NCBI GenBank assembly: GCA_963697585.1
Contig: CAVOOO010000009.1
Span: forward strand, 28,656 to 92,655
Direction: 5' to 3'
DNA length: 64,000 bases
Source of the DNA: an uncultured Chloroflexia bacterium
Lineage (GTDB): Bacteria; Chloroflexota; Dormibacteria; Aeolococcales; Aeolococcaceae
The notes under the pieces are model-generated. The model searched no databases, was not told the DNA's origin, and saw only the letters and a list, made by a program, of their open reading frames with translations. This document shows positions 36,939-46,716 of this stretch, piece by piece (the first letter of the stretch is position 1; the number at the start of each line of letters is the position of its first letter). A program made the translations under genes and the position numbers.

Positions 36939-37866
36939 TCTTCTGCTTGGTTTCGACGTAGCTGGCCGCCTCCACCACCTGCTCCAGCTCGTAGCGGCGG
37001 TCGACCACGGCTCGATACTCGCCGGCTTCGACGAGCCCCTTGAGGAGGATCACGTCCTTCTTCGTGAATCGAGGAGGTATCGGGAACCGCACTCTCCTCG
37101 CTCCGACCCACGCGGTCCACACGCTCAGGCCCAGGTTCTGCAGCCCGTCGGTGGCCAGGAAGACACCGCCCGGTTTCAGGGCGTCGCGACAGCGGCGGAA
37201 GGGAAGGTTGCCCACGGCGTCGAGGATGGCGTCATAGGTCTGGCCGCTCTTCGTGAAGTCCTCCCGCGTGTGGTCGATGACCTGGTCGGCCCCGAGTGCC
37301 CTCACCAGCTCGGCGTTGGCCGGGTGGCACACGCCGGTGACCCCGGCACCCGCGTGCCGGGCCAGCTGCACCGCGGCGGTGCCGATCGATCCGAAGGCGC
37401 CGTAGACGAGGATTCTCCGCCCCTTGCCGAGGCGTGCCGGCCGCAGGGCATTCAGTGCCAGGATCGCCCCGTCACAGACGGGGGCCGCCTCCTCGAAGGT
37501 CGCGCCGTCGGGCAGATGGGCCAGCGGGGCGGCGGCGCGCATGCAGATGAGCTCCGCGTGCGCACCGAACTTCCAGGGATTGATGCCGAAGACGGGGTCG
37601 CCGGGTCCGAATCCGCGGACGCTGGGCCCGGCCGCCTCGACCACCCCTGCGAGGTCACTGCCCAGGATCCTCCGTTTCGGCCGGAGGACCCCGGTGGCGA
37701 CGCGAGAGACGAACGGCGTTCCCGCACGAATCGCGCAATCCGTCCGGCTCATGGTGGTGGCGTGGATCCGGATGCGCACCTCGTCGACCCGGAGGAGGGG
37801 CGGCTCGACCTCGTCGAGTCGCAGCACCTCCGGGGGGCCGTACCGGTCGAAGACGACTGCTCTCAT
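36907..37866 (-). CDS. MDR-superfamily NAD(P)-dependent oxidoreductase (quinone reductase-like)
   Basis: RYGPPEVL, ILGSDLAGVVE, GAHAEL, LVYGAFGSIGTAAVQLA, YDAILDAVG, KTGNVLL. Confidence 0.9.
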   Translation of the reverse strand: MRAVVFDRYGPPEVLRLDEVEPPLLRVDEVRIRIHATTMSRTDCAIRAGTPFVSRVATGVLRPKRRILGSDLAGVVEAAGPSVRGFGPGDPVFGINPWKFGAHAELICMRAAAPLAHLPDGATFEEAAPVCDGAILALNALRPARLGKGRRILVYGAFGSIGTAAVQLARHAGAGVTGVCHPANAELVRALGADQVIDHTREDFTKSGQTYDAILDAVGNLPFRRCRDALKPGGVFLATDGLQNLGLSVWTAWVGARRVRFPIPPRFTKKDVILLKGLVEAGEYRAVVDRRYELEQVVEAASYVETKQKTGNVLLTVAT

Positions 37867-37929
37867 CCTTTCACCACCTCGCATCTGCGGTCGCCCCGAG
37901 GGGGCCATCGGCTCTGCACTGACGGTGGC

Positions 37930-39063
37930 CTAGGCGGGCGGGCCCGTGCCCAGCACCGAGGCCGGCTCTGCGGTCCATCTCGAACCATTCAGCACCCAGA
38001 GGACGTCGAGCGGATTCGCATCCGGCCAGTCCCCCCCGACCAGGATCACGCGCCCGATGCCCGTGTCCGCGAGCAGGGTGGTGCCGTCCGGAGAGGTGTC
38101 GACGTCAGGGGAGTCGGCGGAGAGCTCCTCCCAGGTCGATCCGCTGAGAGCCCAGGTGCAGGCCGCCGAGCCACCGGGGTGCAGGAAGAGGACCACCGCA
38201 CCTGTCTGGGGATCGGGGGCGAGGCTCTCCGAGTAGGGATCCAGGCCGAACCTCGTGGTCGAGGTGACGAACGTCCAGCTCGAGCCGCCCCAGGCCCACG
38301 CCTGGGTGGTCTCTCCGCTCGGCGTGTGCGGGTCGAGCAGAGCCACGATCCGGTCATGGGTGGGGTCTGCCGCCAGCAGCGGAGCGGAGGCCCCCGCCGG
38401 CAGCTCGTTGACAGGGTGGCGTAGCGTCCAGCTCCCCCCCGCCGCCCAGGTCCACGTCTCGGTCGCGGTTCGCGCGGCGTTCCCGGCCACCAGGACCAGC
38501 TGGGTCCCCAGCGGCTCCAGACCGAGGACCTCCCATCCGCCCGCGAGGGGAAGGTCGGCCGCCGCGGTCCACGCGGCTCCGTTCCAGCTCCAGGTCTCCA
38601 ACCCGTCACCGCTCGAGCGCGAGCCGTCCAGCGCCGTCAGACGTCCGGACGAGGGGTCCTGGACGACCGGTCCCGGCGCCATGTCGGGGCTGGCCTCCGA
38701 CTGCCAGCCCGCGCCATCAAGGGTCCAGGCATCGCTCAGCGGCCGGCCGGTGGTGAAGTCGGAGCCGCCCAGGACGAGCACGTCGTTCTGCTGGCTGTCA
38801 TAGAAGATGCGCTCCCCCACCCGGGGCGTGGGGAGCGGTGCCTGCAGTGTCGGGGAGGGGGGTGGCGCGGCGGAGTCCGCCGCGATCGAGCCAGGGCCGC
38901 AGGCCTCGGCGACCGCGCCGGGGGTGGCGGGTGGCGGGGTTGGCCTCGTCACCCCGGCGGGTCGACGGGGAGCCATGAGTGCGGGGATCGTGAACGCGAG
39001 GACGGGCACGGCCACCACCACTCCCAGGATGGTCCACGGGGACCGCCACCACTCCCGGCCCAT
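37930..39063 (-). CDS. Membrane-anchored protein with Kelch-like (T/A)W(T/S)WxGxxW repeats
   Basis: N-terminal TM helix, Pro-rich linker, six repeats: DAWTLDGAGW, ETWSWNGAAW, ETWTWAAGGSW, QAWAWGGSSW, CTWALSGSTW, VLWVLNGSRW. Confidence 0.7.
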   Translation of the reverse strand: MGREWWRSPWTILGVVVAVPVLAFTIPALMAPRRPAGVTRPTPPPATPGAVAEACGPGSIAADSAAPPPSPTLQAPLPTPRVGERIFYDSQQNDVLVLGGSDFTTGRPLSDAWTLDGAGWQSEASPDMAPGPVVQDPSSGRLTALDGSRSSGDGLETWSWNGAAWTAAADLPLAGGWEVLGLEPLGTQLVLVAGNAARTATETWTWAAGGSWTLRHPVNELPAGASAPLLAADPTHDRIVALLDPHTPSGETTQAWAWGGSSWTFVTSTTRFGLDPYSESLAPDPQTGAVVLFLHPGGSAACTWALSGSTWEELSADSPDVDTSPDGTTLLADTGIGRVILVGGDWPDANPLDVLWVLNGSRWTAEPASVLGTGPPA

Positions 39064-39133
39064 GCTCCCAGTCTGCTTTCAGGGCTTGCGGATGTCACGG
39101 GCCTGCGACCCGCGAGGCGGCATCCCCGGCCCA

Positions 39134-40624
39134 TCACCGGCCGGCTCCTGGTTCCGCTGCGGCTTGCGGGCTCGGCGGTCCCGCGGCCGCCGCCACCCCG
39201 ACGCGGGCCGTCTTCTGGACCTGACGGCGGGCGGGAAGCAGGAGAGCAGGTACCACCGCCAGGACCGTGAACCCGATCGCCCACCAGAAGGAGTTGTCGA
39301 AGGCGGCGACCCGGGACGCCGCGGTCAGGACGGCGTGGCTCGCCAGTTGGGTGGCGAGGATGACCGCCAGAACCGCGGCGCCGAAGGAGCCGCCGACCTG
39401 CTGGACGATCCTCATCATGGTGCTGGCATCCGGGACCTCCTGGTGCGGGACGCCCTGGAAGGCACCGGCCATCACCGCGATGGTGACGGCGCCGAGGCCC
39501 GCCCCCCGTACGACGAGCGAGGCCGACAGCAGCCAATCCGAGGGTGCGGGGCCGGCCAGGGCGAAGGCCACTGTGCCGAGCACCGTCAGCGCGAGGCCGG
39601 GGATGACCACGAGGCGGGGGCCCACCCGGTCGGTGAGCTTCCCGGCGAGGGTGCGGGGGAGCAGCGAGCCGATCCCCTGGGGGGCGAGCAGGAGGCCCGT
39701 GATCAACGCGCTCTTGCCCTGGACGCCCTGGTAGTAGAGGCCGAGCAGGAGGAGCGGGCCGTAGAGCGACAGGCCCGCCAGCAGGAAGACCCCGGCCGCG
39801 GCCGCGAAGGAGGGGATGCGCAGCACGCGGACGTTGACCAGCGGCCCGTCGTGCTTCCGCGACGCATGGACACCGAATGCCGCCAGCAGCACCGCTCCGA
39901 GCACGATCGGGACGGCCACGGCCGCGCTCGCGAAACCGGTGGGTCCCGACACCTGAGCCAGCCCGTAGAAGACCAGTGCCAGCCCGGGGGAGAGGGTGAG
40001 CAAGCCCACGATGTCGAACCGGTGGCGCTCCCCGGTCGGAACGATGGTCTGCATCGCGCGCCATGCCAGGACGATCGCGGCGATGCAGATGGGGACGTTG
40101 ACATAGAAGATCCAGCGCCAGCTGAGGTCGGTGACGATGAGCCCGCCGACCACCGGCCCGAGGGCCGGCACCACCACCACGGGAAGGCTGACGATCGCCA
40201 TCATCCGCCCGAGCTTCCGGGGGCCGGCGGCCTGCACCAGGATGGTGATGAGGAGCGGCATCATGATCCCGGCGGCGGCACCCTGGACCACCCGGAAGAC
40301 GATCAGGCTGGTCATGCTCCAGGCTGCCCCGGAGAGGGCAGACCCCGCCAGGAAGAGCGCCAGGGAGATGATCCAGAGGCGCTTTGCGCCGAGGCGCTGG
40401 GTCGCCCAGCCGGTGACCGGCATGGCCATCGCCATGGCCAGCAGGTAGCCGGTCATGGTCCATTGGGTGACCGCCACCGTCGCGTGGAGATCGCGCCCCA
40501 CGGTGGCCAGGGCCACGTTGACGATGGTGCTGTCGAGGATGGGCGCTATCCCGCCCAGCACCAGGATCCACATGAGCCGGCGTACGCGGGGGTCCAGGCC
40601 CTGGTCGGGTTCAGGCTGCGTCAT
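39134..40624 (-). CDS. DHA2/EmrB-QacA family MFS efflux transporter
   Basis: LDSTIVNVAL, WTMTGYLLA, LIVFRVVQG, WRWIFYVNVPI; about 14 TM segments. Confidence 0.92.
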   Translation of the reverse strand: MTQPEPDQGLDPRVRRLMWILVLGGIAPILDSTIVNVALATVGRDLHATVAVTQWTMTGYLLAMAMAMPVTGWATQRLGAKRLWIISLALFLAGSALSGAAWSMTSLIVFRVVQGAAAGIMMPLLITILVQAAGPRKLGRMMAIVSLPVVVVPALGPVVGGLIVTDLSWRWIFYVNVPICIAAIVLAWRAMQTIVPTGERHRFDIVGLLTLSPGLALVFYGLAQVSGPTGFASAAVAVPIVLGAVLLAAFGVHASRKHDGPLVNVRVLRIPSFAAAAGVFLLAGLSLYGPLLLLGLYYQGVQGKSALITGLLLAPQGIGSLLPRTLAGKLTDRVGPRLVVIPGLALTVLGTVAFALAGPAPSDWLLSASLVVRGAGLGAVTIAVMAGAFQGVPHQEVPDASTMMRIVQQVGGSFGAAVLAVILATQLASHAVLTAASRVAAFDNSFWWAIGFTVLAVVPALLLPARRQVQKTARVGVAAAAGPPSPQAAAEPGAGR

Positions 40625-40647
40625 CGGCCGGCTCCTACTGCTATGCT

Positions 40648-40712
40648 CTACCTGTCGAACGGTAGGCTAACCAGAAGGTTAGACCGAAGATAACCTGTCG
40701 TCAAGTAGGTTA
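40648..40712. promoter_or_regulatory. Cluster of dyads between divergent MFS and TetR genes, candidate operators
   Basis: CTACC-N8-GGTAG (40648), CTAACC-N4-GGTTAG (40667), TAACCT-N10-AGGTTA (40691); ACCTGTCG occurs in both the first and third. Confidence 0.55.
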
Positions 40713-40727
40713 CGTGATCGGTACGAG

Positions 40728-41321
40728 GTGCGATCGGCGCTGATGAGTCCCCGCCGCACGGACACGCGCCGCCGAGCCCTCGAGGTGGCCCTCGAGCTCT
40801 TCACCGAGCAGGGCTATGAGAAGACCTCGCTGCGGGAGATCGCCGACCGGCTCGGCATCAGGCAGGCCTCCCTCTACTACCACTTCCCGTCGAAGGACGC
40901 CCTCCTGGCCGGGATCATGGAGGACCTGCTCGCCCCAGTCGACGAGCTGGTCGCCTGGAGCCAGGCTCAGCCACGGACGGCCGCGACCCGCCAGGAGCTG
41001 CTCCGCCGGATGGCCGTGGCCATCGGCGGGCCGTTCAGTCGCTGGATCCAGTTCGCCCAGGCGAACCAGACCACCCTCCGCGATCACCGGGCCGAGGGTC
41101 TGCAGATGCAACGTCGCCTGATGGGGCTGTTCGCCGCCGTGATCGACCCGGACGCCGAGCCGCGCCAGCAGGTGCGCTCCCTGCTCGCCCTCGCGGCCGT
41201 CTATCTCGGGAACCTGACCCCGGTCGTGGCCATGCTGTCGACCTTCGGCATCCGGTCGACCATCGACGAGTTCGGGGCCGCCGCGATGGAGGTGGCCCAG
41301 GAGCTCGTCGAGGACGGGTAG
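40728..41321 (+). CDS. TetR/AcrR family regulator
   Basis: ALELFTEQGYEKTSLREIADRLGIRQASLYYHFPSKDALL. Confidence 0.92.
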   Translation: MRSALMSPRRTDTRRRALEVALELFTEQGYEKTSLREIADRLGIRQASLYYHFPSKDALLAGIMEDLLAPVDELVAWSQAQPRTAATRQELLRRMAVAIGGPFSRWIQFAQANQTTLRDHRAEGLQMQRRLMGLFAAVIDPDAEPRQQVRSLLALAAVYLGNLTPVVAMLSTFGIRSTIDEFGAAAMEVAQELVEDG

Positions 41322-41459
41322 GGAGAACGCGGCCCCAGGTCCGCCCGAGCACTCACGGATCGGGTGGGATTCCCGGCCCCCCGGGTTCTCGGCGACGGGA
41401 ACGTCACCCGGACCGCGCCTCCGGGGGCTGCCCCGCGGATGTACGGTTCCGGCCGGGCC

Positions 41460-42116
41460 ATGAGCTACCAACCACCCGTCCCGCCCCCGCCGGTGGCGTA
41501 CAGCCCCGATGGACGCTACTGGTGGGACGGTCGCCAGTGGCTTCCGACCCAGCCGCAGCCGCTCCCCGCGTACCCGGTCGTCCCCGGCTCCGCACCCTAC
41601 CCGGCCCCCGGCGGCTGGGCGCTGCCGGCGCGCTCGCCGTTCGCGGGGTTCTGGCTCCGGTTCGTCGCCTATCTGATCGACGCCGTCGTCCTGAGCATCG
41701 TCGCGATCCCGATCAACCTCGCGCTCTTCGGCAACAGTGGCGCGGTCTGCGGCGCAACCCCCTACACGATCACAACTCCCAACGGCTACAGCACCGGCAC
41801 CAACTACGGATGCAACGCGACCGGCGGCGGAACCCTGATCTATCTCGGCCTGGGGCTGCTCTACTTCGCGCTGATGTGGAGCCGCGGCGCCACTCTCGGC
41901 CAGCGCGCCCTGAGCCTCAGGGTCGTCGACAGCACCACCGGGGGCCTGCTCTCCATCGCACGCTGCGTGATCAGGTATGTGGGTTTCTGCCTGTCGGTCA
42001 TCCCGCTCTGCCTCGGATTGATCTGGGCCGGGTTTGACCCGCGCAAGCAGGGGTGGCACGACAAGATGGCCCGGTCGGTGGTGGTTCGCGGAGGCACACC
42101 GGCTCCAGGCCGGTGA
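41460..42116 (+). CDS. RDD family membrane protein with Pro-rich, Trp-motif N-terminus
   Basis: YSPDGRYWWDGRQW, AGFWLRFVAYLID, GATLGQRALSLRVV, KQGWHDKMARSVVV. Confidence 0.88.
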   Translation: MSYQPPVPPPPVAYSPDGRYWWDGRQWLPTQPQPLPAYPVVPGSAPYPAPGGWALPARSPFAGFWLRFVAYLIDAVVLSIVAIPINLALFGNSGAVCGATPYTITTPNGYSTGTNYGCNATGGGTLIYLGLGLLYFALMWSRGATLGQRALSLRVVDSTTGGLLSIARCVIRYVGFCLSVIPLCLGLIWAGFDPRKQGWHDKMARSVVVRGGTPAPGR

Positions 42117-42215
42117 CCGGCGCTCACTGATCACCTGATCGCTCGCGATCGCGGTCCCGGCCCCCGATCTGCAACTCCGCATTCGTGATGGCCACCGTGG
42201 TTGCGAACACCATCA

Positions 42216-42229
42216 ATGACAAATTGCAT
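42216..42229. promoter_or_regulatory. ATGACA-N2-TTGCAT dyad, candidate response-regulator box
   Basis: Resembles the ATGACA-N2-TGTCAT type site reported for DesR-like regulators; about 50 bp upstream of the ABC-TCS operon. Confidence 0.4.
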
Positions 42230-42279
42230 GGTCAGCATATGTGGCAGCTCACTACCCCGTCTGACCCGGTCGGTGGACC

Positions 42280-43239
42280 ATGGCCCGTATGAACGATCTC
42301 GATGAACACCGACCAGGAGTCGTGGCGACCGCCCTCACCAAGTCCTACGGTGCGGTGCATGCGGTGCGCGGCATCGACCTCGCGATCGCACGCGGTGAGA
42401 CGGTCGCCATCCTGGGACCCAACGGCGCCGGCAAGACGACCACCCTCGACATGGTGCTCGGCCTGACCCGTCCCGACCAGGGGACCGTGACCGTCTTCGG
42501 GGTTGGGCCGGCCTCGGCGGTGGAGTCAGGCTGGGTCGGCGGCATGCTCCAGACAGGGTTGCCCCTGGACCGTCTCACGGTGCGGGAGCTGGTGACGCTC
42601 ATGGCCTCGTACTACCCCCACCCCCTCGACGTCGACGATGTGCTGCGCGAGACGGGGTGCGACGGGTTCGCCGGCCGTTTCACCGAGCGGTTGTCCGGCG
42701 GGCAGGTTCAGCGGGTCCGTTTCGCCGCCGCCCTGGTGGGCGACCCCGATCTGCTGGTCCTTGACGAGCCGACCGCGGGGATCGACGTCGAGGGCCGCCA
42801 CGACTTCTGGGAGGCGATGCGCGGTCTCACCGCACGTGGCAAGACGGTGGTGTTCGCGACTCACTACCTGGAGGAGGCGGATGCCTTCGCCGATCGCGTG
42901 GTGCTGATGGCCCGTGGGCGCATCGTCGCCGACGGTCCGGCCACCGAGATCAAGGCGCGTGTGGGTGCCCGCACCATCCGGGCGACGCTCCCCGAGGTCG
43001 ATGTCACCGGGCTCAGCGGCCTGCCCGGAGTCATGAAGGCCGAGCGCCGTGGGGACTCGGTCACCCTCCTCTGCTCTGACGCCGACGCCGCGCTGGCCTC
43101 TCTGCACGCGGCCTTCACCGGCCTGCGTGACATCGAGGTGCGCGGCAGCAGCCTGGAGGAGGCGTTCCTGGAGCTGACCGCCGATCAGGGTGCCGGCGTC
43201 GACCGCAAGTCAGCCATCACCGTGGAGATCGGAAGATGA
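42280..43239 (+). CDS. ABC transporter ATP-binding protein
   Basis: GPNGAGKTT, LSGGQ, LLVLDEPT, FATHYLEEAD. Confidence 0.93.
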   Translation: MARMNDLDEHRPGVVATALTKSYGAVHAVRGIDLAIARGETVAILGPNGAGKTTTLDMVLGLTRPDQGTVTVFGVGPASAVESGWVGGMLQTGLPLDRLTVRELVTLMASYYPHPLDVDDVLRETGCDGFAGRFTERLSGGQVQRVRFAAALVGDPDLLVLDEPTAGIDVEGRHDFWEAMRGLTARGKTVVFATHYLEEADAFADRVVLMARGRIVADGPATEIKARVGARTIRATLPEVDVTGLSGLPGVMKAERRGDSVTLLCSDADAALASLHAAFTGLRDIEVRGSSLEEAFLELTADQGAGVDRKSAITVEIGR

Positions 43240-43964
43240 TCAACGTCACTCACCTCCGCTACGAGGTGCTGCGCACCTTCCGCAATCGCCTGTTTCTCGG
43301 CCTGACGATCGGCCTGCCGCTGGTGCTGTTCTATGCGGTGACCTCCGCCAACATGACGCACCACGTGGACGGCATCACCTTCCCGCTGTACTTCATGACC
43401 GCCATGGCAGCCTATGGGGCGATGTATGCGGCGGTGGCTCCGGGTGGGCGCACCGCCGCCGAGCGGGCTCGGGGCTGGACCCGGCAGCTGCGCATCACCC
43501 CGCTGCCCGCCCGCACCGCGCTCCTGTCCAAGGCGGTGGCGGCATACCTCCTCACCCTCCCCACCCTGATCGTCGTCGGAGCGGCGGGCGCCTCGCTGGG
43601 TGTCCGTCTCAGCGCCGAAGGGTGGGCGGAGACGGCCGGTCTGCTGCTGGTGGGCCTGGCTCCCATCGCCATGATGGGCATCCTGATCGGGTACCTGATG
43701 AAGGTCGAGGTGGCACCGCTCGCCATCGGCGGGCCGGTCGTGCTCCTGGCCCTTCTCGGCGGCGAGTTCGGGCCGCTGTTCAACAGCGGCATCGGGCTCA
43801 CCATCGTCAAGCTGCTTCCCTCCTACTGGCTGGCTCAGGCGGGCAGGGTGGCGATCGGCGGGGCCGGCTGGCCGGGCGAGGCCTGGGTGGTGGTCGCGAT
43901 CTGGACGCTGGTCATGATCGCCGCGGCGGCGCTGGCGTACCGGCGCGACACCCAGCGGGTTTGA
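43236..43964 (+). CDS. ABC-2 permease
   Basis: AAERARGWTRQLRITPLP, LLPSYW; six TM segments; ATGA overlap with the ATPase gene. Confidence 0.9.
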   Translation: MINVTHLRYEVLRTFRNRLFLGLTIGLPLVLFYAVTSANMTHHVDGITFPLYFMTAMAAYGAMYAAVAPGGRTAAERARGWTRQLRITPLPARTALLSKAVAAYLLTLPTLIVVGAAGASLGVRLSAEGWAETAGLLLVGLAPIAMMGILIGYLMKVEVAPLAIGGPVVLLALLGGEFGPLFNSGIGLTIVKLLPSYWLAQAGRVAIGGAGWPGEAWVVVAIWTLVMIAAAALAYRRDTQRV

Positions 43965-43996
43965 GCCCATGATGGGTGAGAAGGAGCGTTCGTAGG

Positions 43997-45184
43997 ATGT
44001 CGAGCGGGCAGGGGTCCGGCGACGGCGGGGCGCGGCCCGACGTGGTCCCGCGCGGCCACCGGTGGTCCGAGGGTTGGCGGGCAGCTCTGCTGGGCGCTGG
44101 GCTGCTCATCTACTCGGTGGTCGCGGCGGGAGGTGTCTCCCAGGTTTCGAGGGGAGCGACTGCGCTGGCCGGGTATGTGATCATCGCAGCCTTCAGCTTG
44201 GTGCTCTGCGCGCTGGGGGTGATGGCCGCGAGGGCGACGCTGCCGTCCGGGGGAGAGGGGCAGCGCGCCGGCACCGGAATCTCCGACCTGCAATTCTGGC
44301 TGCCCTTCGCGGCCATGAGCGCGCTCTTGGTGGCCGCGCTCCCGTTCGCGCATGCCGATGGCTTCTTCCTCGCCGCCGTCCTGGCTGCACTGGTGGTGGT
44401 CCGCACCCGCCGTGCCTCCCCATGGGTGGTCGGCGCGCTCGCGATGGCCGCTCTGGCCGTGCCCTGGTCGGTGAACCCGTGGCGGAGCGGGCCGGGATGG
44501 GTCCAGGCCCTCGACATCATCTTCACGGCGCTGGTGAGCTACGCGTTCAGTGAGCTGATCCGGGCCAACCAGGCGCTGCGCGAGGCTCGGGCCGAGATCG
44601 CTCGTCTCGCGACCGAGGGGGAGCGGAACCGGATCGCCCGCGACCTCCACGACCTGCTCGGTCATTCGCTGACCGCGATCACGGTCAAGGCCGGACTGGC
44701 ACACCGTCTGGCAGGCAGCGACCCCGCCCGCTCGCGGCAGGAGATCGGCGAGGTCGAGAAGCTCTCGCGCCAGGCCCTGGCCGAGGTCCGTGCCGCGGTG
44801 TCGACCTATCGGAACGTCACCCTGGCGGCGGAGCTGGCCCGCGGCCGGGAGCTGCTGCGCGCCTCCGGTGTGGTCGCCGACCTCCCCACCGCGACCGACA
44901 TGGTCGACGCGGCCCATCAGGAGTTGCTCGCCTGGGCGGTGCGCGAGGGCTTGACCAACGTTGCCCGCCACGCCCGCGCCACCCGCTGCACCGTGATCCT
45001 CTCCGCGTCGGCGGTGGAGATCCGTGACGACGGCGTGGGAGGCCCGGCGGGCGACGGGCACGGACTCGACGGGCTCCGGGAGCGGGTCGCCGCCGCCGGG
45101 GGGAGCGTCGAGGCGGGGCCGCTGACACCGCGCGGCTGGCGTCTCCACGTCTCTCTGGACCCGGCTGGTGGGGGGCGGGCGTGA
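43997..45184 (+). CDS. DesK-like (HisKA_3) sensor histidine kinase
   Basis: ERNRIARDLHDLLGHSLT, REGLTNVARHA, DDGVG, GHGLDGLRER. Confidence 0.92.
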   Translation: MSSGQGSGDGGARPDVVPRGHRWSEGWRAALLGAGLLIYSVVAAGGVSQVSRGATALAGYVIIAAFSLVLCALGVMAARATLPSGGEGQRAGTGISDLQFWLPFAAMSALLVAALPFAHADGFFLAAVLAALVVVRTRRASPWVVGALAMAALAVPWSVNPWRSGPGWVQALDIIFTALVSYAFSELIRANQALREARAEIARLATEGERNRIARDLHDLLGHSLTAITVKAGLAHRLAGSDPARSRQEIGEVEKLSRQALAEVRAAVSTYRNVTLAAELARGRELLRASGVVADLPTATDMVDAAHQELLAWAVREGLTNVARHARATRCTVILSASAVEIRDDGVGGPAGDGHGLDGLRERVAAAGGSVEAGPLTPRGWRLHVSLDPAGGGRA

Positions 45185-45789
45185 CCATCCGCCTGCTGCT
45201 GGCCGACGACCAGGAGCTGGTCCGCACCGCCCTGGGAGCCCTGCTGGAGCTGGAGGACGACTTCGAGGTGGTCGCGTCGGTGGGGCGGGGGGACCAGGTC
45301 CTCGACGCCGCCCGGGAGCACCGGCCCGACGTGGCGCTGCTGGACATCGAGATGCCCGGCCTCGACGGGCTGGCCGCGGCGGCCCTGCTCCACGCCAGGG
45401 CGCCCGCCTGCAGGATCGTGATGCTGACCACCTTCGGCCGCGCAGGCTTCCTCCGCCGGGCCATGGAGGCCGGCGCCATGGGGTTCGTCGTGAAGGACGC
45501 GCCCGCCGAGGCGCTGGCCTCCGCGATCCGCCGGGTGATGGCCGGGGAGAGGGTCGTCGACGCGGCCCTCGCCGCCGCCACCCTCGCCGCCGGGGAGTCT
45601 CCCCTCACCCCGCGGGAGCGCGACGTCCTCAGCGTGGCGCGCTCCGGCGCCACCGTCGCCGAGATCGCCGGCAAGCTCTACCTCTCGGAGGGGACAGTCC
45701 GCAACTACCTCTCGACGGCCATCTCCAAGACCTCGGCTCGCAACCGGCTCGACGCCCTCCGGATTGCGGACGAGCGCGGCTGGCTGTAG
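45181..45789 (+). CDS. DesR-like NarL/LuxR family response regulator
   Basis: LLADDQ, ALLDIEMPG, LTTF, VVKD, LTPRERDVL...LSEGTVRNYLS. Confidence 0.93.
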   Translation: MTIRLLLADDQELVRTALGALLELEDDFEVVASVGRGDQVLDAAREHRPDVALLDIEMPGLDGLAAAALLHARAPACRIVMLTTFGRAGFLRRAMEAGAMGFVVKDAPAEALASAIRRVMAGERVVDAALAAATLAAGESPLTPRERDVLSVARSGATVAEIAGKLYLSEGTVRNYLSTAISKTSARNRLDALRIADERGWL

Positions 45790-45961
45790 CCGTCCGTGTC
45801 AGAGGAGTGACGGGCGCCGCGCCCGGGGTCGGCCATCGACCGTCGGCCGGGTGGGGGAGGGGGGGAGGCGGGCATTCGCAGCCCATCCCCCAGCTAACCT
45901 GGGAGCTCTCGAGCGGCATGGGCTCTCGGGCGGTTCACGGCACGACCATGGGGGTGGCAGG

Positions 45962-46621
45962 ATGGCGAGGGTCCGGGTCAGCAACTTCTCGATCTCGCTC
46001 GACGGTTACGGTGCCGGACCGGATCAGGATGCGGACCATCCCCTCGGTCGTGGCGGCGAGCGCCTCCACGAGTGGATCTTCCTCACCCGCTCCGGGCGGA
46101 GCATGCGAGGCCTGCCGGGCGGGGAGGGGGGGATCGACGACCAGCAGTTCGCCCGGCGCTACCAGGGGGTGGCCGCCACCATCATGGGCAGGAACATGTT
46201 CGGACCGGTCCGAGGCCCCTGGGATGACAGCCGATGGGCCGGCTGGTGGGGAAGCGACCCGCCGTTTCATCACCCCGTCTTCGTGCTGACCCACCATCAC
46301 CGCCCGCCGATCGAGCTGGAGGGGGGCACCACCTTCCACTTCGTCGACGCGGGGATCGAGGCCGCGCTCGCCCTGGCGCGCGAGGCCGCGCGGGGTGCGG
46401 ACGTCGCGGTCGGCGGCGGGGTGGCGACGCTTCGCCAGTTCCTGCGGGCTGGCCTCATCGACGACCTCCACCTCGTGCTGGTGCCGCTGCTGCTCGGCGG
46501 CGGGGAGCGCCTCTTCGAGGATGTCGAAGTCGGGCCGGACGCCTACGAGTGCGTGGAGCGGATCAGCTCGCCCTCGGTGATCCACGTCCGCCTCACCCGG
46601 TCCACCTCGACCTCGCCCTGA
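45962..46621 (+). CDS. Dihydrofolate reductase-like (RibD C-terminal domain) protein
   Basis: FSISLDGYGAG, IMGRNMFGP, PPFHHPVFVLTHH, VGGGVATLRQFL, LIDDLHL. Confidence 0.9.
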   Translation: MARVRVSNFSISLDGYGAGPDQDADHPLGRGGERLHEWIFLTRSGRSMRGLPGGEGGIDDQQFARRYQGVAATIMGRNMFGPVRGPWDDSRWAGWWGSDPPFHHPVFVLTHHHRPPIELEGGTTFHFVDAGIEAALALAREAARGADVAVGGGVATLRQFLRAGLIDDLHLVLVPLLLGGGERLFEDVEVGPDAYECVERISSPSVIHVRLTRSTSTSP

Positions 46622-46716
46622 GCCCCGGGCGGCAGGGCCGGCGGCGGCTCACCGCTCGAGCGTGGCGCCCGCCGCCGCGCGCCGGTCGCCCTCTTCCCGG
46701 TGGCGTCCAGGGTTCG

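Noticed and set aside
32988-40693. Long plus-strand ORFs (32988..34868, 36826..38424, 38807..40693)
   Set aside because: Antisense shadows of well-supported minus-strand genes, expected in high-GC DNA with few stop codons.
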